DNA of 49,325 nt from Reclinomonas americana ATCC 50394 (taxonomy: Eukaryota), in NCBI GenBank assembly GCA_048213135.1, contig PS015064.1:155924-205248 (forward strand), in the 5' to 3' direction. A program made the translations under genes and the position numbers. Below are positions 38,701 to 49,325 of this stretch, piece by piece (within the stretch, counting starts at the first letter, position 1; every line of letters begins with the position of its first letter). The notes below the pieces were generated by a model. The model worked only from the letters and a program-made list of their open reading frames with translations. It had not been told where the DNA came from and did not search any database.

Positions 38701-40339
38701 TGAGAATCGCCACCCACACCGGCACCGTGTACGCACTCAGCAATGCACTGTCGTGCTCCGAGCATGCAGCCAGCATTGCGTAATATCTGCACACATCGCA
38801 AAGCAAAAGCGAGCGAGGTTGAACATCTTCGTCGCAGAGCGTACCACGAAAGGCAAGGTACGCACCGCCGTGCCGTGTCTGCCGACGCCGTGTACATGAT
38901 GTTTTGATTGTATTCGCCGAGTGCACACACAATCTGCACACCACAGTTGAGATCAAAGACGACATAACTGGCGCTTGCAGCCACACTCACCTGGCAGTAC
39001 CGTCGGTGAATGTTGTGGCACTCCTCAAAGTCGGCATCGCTGGTCGGCGCCGGCGGACAGAAGGTGGCCAGACCCTGCAAGTAGACCTCGAACATGGAGT
39101 CGGGCTGCAGGGAGCTCGCATTGCGGCCCTGTGCAGCGTGGATGAGAGAGAGAGGTACGTGAGTTGGTGGAGAGGAAGAGGGAGAGAGGGAGACAAACGC
39201 ACCGACTGCCCTTTCCACTTGAAACTGGCCAGCACCAACAGCGTCTCCAGAGCGACCACCGAGAACACACGGTCGTTGATCACGGCAAACAGAATCTCCA
39301 GAAAGCCCACCTCCAAGATCCGACTGCAGGTGATGATGGAGGCGTACGGCTGCAGCGCATTGAATGCCGTCTGGATGAAACGAATGGCCATGTCGCGGGT
39401 GCCCGCAGCCTCGGCATTGCCGGCGGCCGCGTCTGCCAGCGACTGCTGATACACCGTCCACTGCGAGTCCAACACTTCGCGCAGAAACGGAAAGATCTGA
39501 TCCAGCGAGGCGTTGAGACCCTGCAGAGGAAGAAAGAAGAGTCAGTAGAAAGATGAACCCTTTGTTGCCTGTCCTGTGTTCGTTCACCTTTGACACGTCG
39601 CCGCGTCGCGCCGCTGAAATGCTCAGTGTGTCCATGCACATGATGACCTCCTCCGGCAACCGGAGACACACCAGCAGCGCCGACATGAGCGCCGACGGCT
39701 GCACGAGGAGGAACATCAATCAGTACACGCAACCTAATCTCGCGAGAGTCACTTTGAGCTTACCCCGGTCTGCGCCAGCTGCAGCAAGTCGGGCACCATT
39801 GTCGGCCACTCTTGCGGCCACGCTCGCTTGGCCACCTCGCACAGCACCGCCGCCACCTTTTCCAGAATGTACAGAGGCTCCTCATTGAGCGGTCGCACCA
39901 ACGACTGGATCAACTGGAACGACAGCGACTGACACAGGTTCCGTTGTTCTGCATTCATCTCGTTCCACCACGTAGTGACTGCGTGCTGCTCACACAGAGT
40001 TGGTGTGTGTGTGTGTGTGTGTGTGTGCAGAGAATGGGAGGGTTTCTCTGACAACACACACACCTCGATCGCCGATAGTGCGAAATGCCGCAGCACATCC
40101 GACGTCTCCGCCTGCTGAAACCACTCCAGTGCCTGCGGAATCACAGTGTCCACTGGAAGTGCCTTGAAGGCCTCCAGTTCCTGCACACACACACAAACAC
40201 ACACGTGGGCACTTTGATCATGCATGCAGCAAATGATTCTGCAGGCAACACGCACCTCCAATGCACGACGCCGGTCTGCATCAGTGACATTGACACTGTG
40301 CTGCACCTCGAGTGCCGCCACAACTTGCTCGTACGACAT
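35787..40339 (-). CDS. XPO5: Exportin-5 (Msn5/HASTY family karyopherin), about 24 exons, 3' end lost at the gap
   Basis: Importin-beta N-terminal/Xpo1-type features: VLRHFALSAIEHAVTTWWN, ILEKVAAVLCEVAKRAWPQEWPTMVPDL, LRLPEEV..ARRGDVSKGL, QLDFES, ARRKAFTTFIKFCK, FLDDRHWRRFFRYIVEPLWTTCP..RLGEGW. These fit exportin-5 better than CRM1. Confidence 0.8.
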
Positions 40340-40696
40340 GCACCAAAAGACGGAGGTCGACATCGACGTGGGACATTGTGTGTTTTTTTGTTTTTGTTGA
40401 CGTGTGATGCACAGCGCGTGTACAGCTAAGCACTGTGATGCAGTGTGCACAGTGATGCGCAGTGCTGCACGCGTGATTCCTTCTCCGTGAGTCGCGACGT
40501 CGACATGGATTTTTGGCAGACAAGTCGACGTTTGCTGCTTCTTTTTTCGTTCGTGCTTGTTGTAGCAGGCGATGCAGTGATGTACACCACTAATGCACAT
40601 ACAAAAGCACGTTATCAGCTCCGCACAGTCGAGCTTGGTGCAAACGCCGACGTCCAGGACAGCACCTCGTCCTTTACCGGCCCACTTTGATCAGCG

Positions 40697-41972
40697 ATGG
40701 AGGTCGACGCGCGCTCACCACCCGGCTCCTCTGCGGGTCACTCTGGCAGCAGCGACGCGCCGTCCTCATTCGACTTGGAGGCCTACATTTCGGTGCGTGC
40801 GCGTGTGTGTGCGCAGGGCCATTTCCGCTTGCTTGTTGTCCTCACTCACTCTTGTCTCTCTCTCTTGTGTGCAGAACTACACTGGTCACTCGCGAACGAA
40901 TCGACTGGTGTTTATCGCGGAAAAGTGTGCGGGCTTGGGCGCGACTGAGACGGAATTGGAGGCTTTGCGCCTGGCAGTGGATGACCTCAAAAAGACACGA
41001 AACACGCAGTTGTATCGTGAGGTGGCCACGCGTGTGGGTGATCGGTGAGAGTGTGTGAGAGAAAGGGGGGGAAGGAGAGGGAGAGGGAGAGGACAACACG
41101 AGTGCATTCTTGTGTAAATGATGGGAAGAGAGAAGCAAGGAGAGGTGGGAGTGAGGCCGTGAGGAAGTTGCTATAAACACGCAGTGAGAGACTCGCTGAG
41201 AGAGTAGACAACCCCGATGAAGATGCATGTATTTGTGTGTGTGAGAGAGAAGGAAGTCGCACGTACACTCAGCGAGACTCATTGAGTGAGAGGACAACCC
41301 CTCTTAAGGCGCACACAAGCGCGAGAAAGTGGGAGCCTTGGAGAGACGAATGGTGTGTGTGTGTGAGAGAGAGAGAGAGGAGGAGGNNNNNNNNNNNNNN
41401 NNNNNNNNNNNNNNNNNNNNNNNNNNNNNNNNNNNNNNNNNNNNNNNNNNNNNNNNNNNNNNNNNNNNNNNNNNNNNNNNNNNNNNNNNNNNNNNNNNNN
41501 NNNNNNNNNNNNNNNNNNNNNNNNNNNNNNNNNNNNNNNNNNNNNNNNNNNNNNNNNNNNNNNNNNNNNNNNNNNNNNNNNNNNNNNNNNNNNNNNNNNN
41601 NNNNNNNNNNNNNNNNNNNNNNNNNNNNNNNNNNNNNNNNNNNNNNNNNNNNNNNNNNNNNNNNNNNNNNNNNNNNNNNNNNNNNNNNNNNNNNNNNNNN
41701 NNNNNNNNNNNNNNNNNNNNNNNNNNNNNNNNNNNNNNNNNNNNNNNNNNNNNNNNNNNNNNNNNNNNNNNNNNNNNNNNNNNNNNNNNNNNNNNNNNNN
41801 NNNNNNNNNNNNNNNNNNNNNNNNNNNNNNNNNNNNNNNNNNNNNNNNNNNNNNNNNNNNNNNNNNNNNNNNNNNNNNNNNNNNNNNNNNNNNNNNNNNN
41901 NNNNNNNNNNNNNNNNNNNNNNNNNNNNNNNNNNNNNNNNNNNNNNNNNNNNNNNNNNNNNNNNNNNNNNNN

Positions 41973-42003
<31 letters not shown>

Positions 42004-44490
42004 CATGAGGAGACATCCTCACTGAAGACTCACAATGGTGCGAGAGTGAGAGGAATGGAGTGTGCGTGTTAGAGAGAAGAGGAAGAAGAAGAAAGTCGCT
42101 ACTTACACCATGAGAGGCTCACCGAGTGACCGGGGTGAGAGAGGAGACTGCCCGGTGTGAGAGAGCCAGAGCGGGGTCGTGGCTTAATCCGCTCCAAATA
42201 TCTTAGCCCTATCGTCTTTGTGCTCTTCTCTCTCGCTCTCCCGCTCCACTCTCCCTCTCTTCTCTCTCTCCCTTCTCGTCTCTCTCTCCCATCGATTCAC
42301 CCACTCACCTGTCTCCCTTGCTACGCAGTCTCGGCCCTGCATATGCACTGGACGAACGGTGGATCATCGACACGGACGCAGAGGCTGCACGCACCAAGGA
42401 GAAGCGTGATTCCGAGTTGGCGCAGTACCGTGCGTCGCTCATTCGTGAGTCGATTCGCATGGCGTACGAGTATCTGGCGGACTTTCACTACGATCGAGGT
42501 GGGTAAAGCAGGGAAGGGACAAGAGTGCAGCCAACGTTGCCACTCGCTTCAACATCTCTCCATATCTCTTCTCCATCGCCTCTTCTCCTTGTCGATGTCT
42601 CGCTCCAGTTTGCTGTCACGTGCACACATGTTCATTCACTCTTCTCCGTTCGTAATCTCGACAGTTCACGTTCCGCATCGTCTACAGCCTGCATACCTGC
42701 AGTGTCCCTGTGTACATTCCTTTCGCTGTTCCTTCACTGCTATTCCTTCGTCGCCCCTCCCCCTGTCCACAGTTAACTTTCCTTGCCTTGCCCTTCCCCT
42801 TCTCCTTCTCCTTCTCCTTCTCCTTGCCCTTGCCCTTGCCCCTTCCCCTTCTCCTTCCCCTTTCCCTTCCCCTTCCCCTTCCCCTTCTCCCCCTCCATCC
42901 TTCCGCCCTTCCCTTCCCCTTCCCCTCCGCCCTTCCCTTTCCCTTCCCCTTCCGCCCTTCCCCTTTTCCTTCCTCCCCTCTCTTCCCCTTTCCCCCTCCA
43001 CCCTTACCCTTCTTCTTCCCCTTCTCCTTCTCCTTCTCCTTCCCCTTCCCCTTCCCCTTCCCCTTCCCCTGCCCTTGCCCCTTCCCCTTCTCCTTCCCCT
43101 TCCCCTTCCCCTTCCCCTTCCCCTTCCCCTTCCCCTTCCCTCCTTCCCCTTCCCCTCCCCCTCCATCCTTCCCCTATTCCCCCGCCCTTCCCCTCACCTC
43201 CCCCTCACCTCCCCCTTTCCCTCCCCGTCCCCCTCCCCGCAGGCGACCTGCAAACCGCCCTCAAAGTCTGCTCCCGCATGCGCGAGTACTGCACCAACAA
43301 CCGGCACTCGCTGGACCTGGCGCTCACCCTCATCCAGATTGGCGTGGAGACGCGCAGCTGGCTGCTGGTGACGCAGAACGTGACCAAGGCGGAGAACGCC
43401 GAGGCCGATCCCGTCACGCAGGCCAAGCTCAGTGCGGCCTCAGGTGCGTGCATTAGCTCCACTCTTGCTCCTCGCGCACGACGAGCTGCTCACTTTCCTG
43501 TAACAAAAAAAGGCCTCTCACACCTGTGCCAATCCAACTTCCGGCACGCGGCTGAGCGTTTTGTCAACACCAGCATTGACCTGGGCTCCAACTACTCGAG
43601 TGTGATCTCGTGCCAGGATGTGGCCGTGTACGGCGCGCTGTGCGGCCTGGCCACGTTCTCGCGCCAGGAGATTCGCACTGAAGTTGCGTTCGCGCATTGT
43701 TGTGCGCGTGCGTGCGTGTATCTGACTCGCCGCGCAGTTGATGGAAAAGAGCTCGTTCAAGCAGTTTTTGGAGCTGGTACCACACGTGCGGGAAATGATT
43801 GCACACTTTTACCACTCCAAGTACGACAAGTGCTTGCAGGTGTTGGAGATGCTGCGAGTTGCGTCACGCGTGCGTGCGTGCGCGCGTGTGTGTGGCATCC
43901 TTCCGTGCTGTTGTTGCTCATGTGCCGCGCAAATGGTGCAGAGTGAGGCCCGATTGGATATGTACTTGGCCGAGCACTTTGAGGCGCTGTACGCCAAGAT
44001 CCGCAGCAAGGCCATGGTGCAGTACACGAGTCCGTTTGTGAGGTGCGTGTGTGTGTGAAAAAGGAGAGCCTTTCTCTCCCCCGCTATCGATCGTGACGTG
44101 CATACACAGCGTCGACTTGAACCGCATGGCGGCGGCGTTTTGCACCACGGTCGGCGGCCTCATGAAGGAGCTGGAGGTGCTGATCAGCGAGCACTTGATT
44201 CGCGCCCGCATCGACTCGCAACAGAGTGTGCTGTACGCTACGTCCACCGATTTGCGCGAGTCCACGTTCGAAAAGGTGGCCGACACGGGCAGGGCGGTGG
44301 TGGAGACCACGGAGAGCCTCCTGAGGCGGATCAGTGCACTACAAAACGACCTGGTGGTGCGGCGTCACGGTCGTGGAGGTGAGTGGTGGCATTCTCGTGC
44401 CGTGAGGAACGCGGTGCGCTCACACACTTTCGCGGCGCAGGTGAAATGCTGCATGCCGACGATGACGACTTTGCGGATCTGGACTACTGA
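40697..44490 (+). CDS. CSN1: COP9 signalosome subunit 1 (GPS1), PCI domain, 9 exons
   Basis: [135 protein letters not shown]. Stop TGA at 44488-44490. Confidence 0.95.
42778..43240. repeat. (CCCCTT)n/(CTCCTT)n pyrimidine tract in a CSN1 intron
   Basis: Directly visible hexamer repeats ending at the acceptor CCGCAG. Confidence 0.88.
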
Positions 44491-44658
44491 GGCGGTGGCA
44501 ATCGCAACGACGACGTGTTCACGCGTATCTTGTGTTCATTGCCATTGTTGCTGGTCGACAGTAAAAAAAAAAGCAAAAGGGATATTCGAGCACAGCAGCG
44601 ACAAGTACACAGATGGTGAAGCGCGGAAGAAAGAAGGGGGTGGAGACCGGAGGTGTGT

Positions 44659-46336
44659 TTACGTGAGGTAGCCGATCTCGAAGGGAATGATGCCGAGAGG
44701 TGCGGCCTTGGTCTCCTTGCCGGTCTTCATGTCGATGGTCACCGCATCGAACTGGTTGGCGACGGTCTTTGCGGGTCAAGAGAGAGGGAGGTGAGAGCCT
44801 GGGCAAGGGAATGGACGGAGCAGGAGTGCAAGAATCAGACCTGGCTCTCCATGACGACGTAGTACAAGTTCTCCGGGGCGTCGAGTGCCTGCGCATCGAG
44901 ATTTAAGGGCGTGCAATTCGAGACGAGGAAGAGAAACACGCATGTTCACAAACCGACACGCCCTGGAACGGCTGCAAACGAGCAACAGAGTCAATGTGAG
45001 CCACAGACGCTCGAGCATATCCGCATCGTGTCATCGAGAGACGCAACGTAAGCAAAGGCGTGTGCATCAATCGTGCCGATCTTGGTGAAGGTGGCCGAGC
45101 CAGTGGTCGTCTGCGAGGCGAGTGAGGAAAGTAGTGTGCGTGTGCAACTCTGCAGGGCGACAAGCGTACTCACCGACGGCAACGTCACCGTGCCAAAGTA
45201 GTTCCTGTGAGAAACGTGAGTTATGAATTCACGTACACCCAGCGTCGCGCCAGCCACGCAACTGGAACGGCGGCTGCTGATCGTGGAAGAGCGAGTAGAT
45301 GGTGCCGCCATGCGAGTCGTGCTTGATGTCAATCGACGAGATGTAGAAGCCCGGCAACTGCACAATGATCCATGAAGATCACCATCAAGCCGGTGAAATA
45401 CATGCATGCGCCCACACACACCAGGTACACGCTGACGGTGCCGGTGTCGAGGTGCATCGAGTAGAGATTCCACGTGTTGTCGTTCTTGTCGTAGCAGACC
45501 AAGTGGTACGCGCGGTCAATGTAGTTCAACGCCGAGATACCGGCCGGCGAGACACCATCGGGCAGCACCGCCATTTGCCTGCCTTCCACAATGAGCACGC
45601 TGCAGCAGAGGCGAGAGCGGGGTGTGCGCGACGAAACGTAAAGGCGCCCGTGCGTCGATTCAGCTGCCCAATGACCTGCTTGCCGTTCAACGTGGTGCCG
45701 CCATACAGCTGCCCGTTCAACAAATCGAACTCCAGCGACCAGAAGAACGCTGCAGAAAGACAATGAGGTAAGAAGAAGACAGGGGAGTGAGACTGGAAGA
45801 CGCAACTGGCAAGCGGAATGTTGGAGAACCCGTGGTCAGCGAGGCGAATCTCAAACAGCGCTGGCTTACCTGCAATGCCATTGCCTACTCAGTGTTATGC
45901 ATGATAGTGCGAGGAAAGCGCAATGCAAACCAGTGTTGCGGTTGACAAGAACACTAAAGAAGGTGCCAGTGGTCCCATCGACAGCTGTCTTCATGCTGTA
46001 CGCGGCTGTGATGCGGTCAACTGAGTGAGTGATTGACAAAGAGAGTGTGAGGAAAAGTGTGTGTGTAACGATCATAGTCGCTGCCGACGCTGACTACAGT
46101 GGTCTCTGCACCAGTGGAGGGGTTCAACTGAGAGAGCGTGGTGTTGCCTGTCTGTGGGTTGAGGCAGATGCCATACAAGCCAGTCCACCTGTGTGTGAGT
46201 GCGTGTGAGAGTCTGTGTGCACGCGCGCATGTGTGTGTGACTGTGAGATGGCGTACTTGGAGGCTGATGCAGCGTGCAAGCAGACAGTGAGTGTGAGCGC
46301 GAGGAGCGCCACCAGGAGGAGAGCGTGGCGCGACAT
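44659..46336 (-). CDS. Secreted beta-strand-rich (possible beta-propeller) protein of unknown function, 12 exons
   Basis: Signal peptide MSRHALLLVALLALTLTVCLHAASASK. Repeated blade-like motifs (LNPQTG, LNPSTG, VDGTTG, LNRRTG, LDTGT, IDMKTG). All exons are phase-consistent, including an 18-nt exon at 44954-44971. Stop TAA at 44659-44661. Confidence 0.75.
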
Positions 46337-46381
46337 TGTCAGCGTGATTGTGGTGAGAGAGAGGACACAGACAGCTGAAGT

Positions 46382-49276
<2,895 letters not shown>

Positions 49277-49325
49277 CTGTGTGTGTGTGCGCGTGTCAGT
49301 GAGCGCACACAGATAGACAGTCACA

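Overview
Intron-rich, microsatellite-rich nuclear DNA from a gappy draft assembly of a eukaryotic microbe, probably a flagellate given a ciliary-type EF-hand repeat protein; the species cannot be identified from sequence alone. Most entries in the ORF track are exon fragments or microsatellite artefacts. By hand-splicing exons in the standard genetic code I reconstructed 15 genes: a PAQR3-like membrane protein (partial), an orphan low-complexity protein, L-threonine dehydrogenase, SF3B4, a 47-aa ATP synthase subunit i/j-like microprotein, a stand-alone SPRY-like protein, WDR5, a WD40+FN3 protein, another WD40 protein, a CFAP115-like EF-hand repeat protein, a secreted acidic/basic protein, exportin-5 (3'-partial), CSN1, a secreted beta-rich protein and a soluble fumarate reductase (5'-partial). 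The most striking signal is in the splice sites. Besides ordinary G|GTGMGT donors, about 18 of roughly 115-120 hand-called introns use a one-base-shifted donor, H|GTTGCG(T) or H|GTTTCGT, almost always after an exon that does not end in G. This looks like routine use of a shifted U1 pairing register or a variant U1/U6. Three small gap-flanked contigs carry exons that fit their host genes on the opposite strand (probable mis-oriented contigs), and two same-strand gene pairs are only about 50 bp apart. All gene models and counts are manual and lack transcript support.
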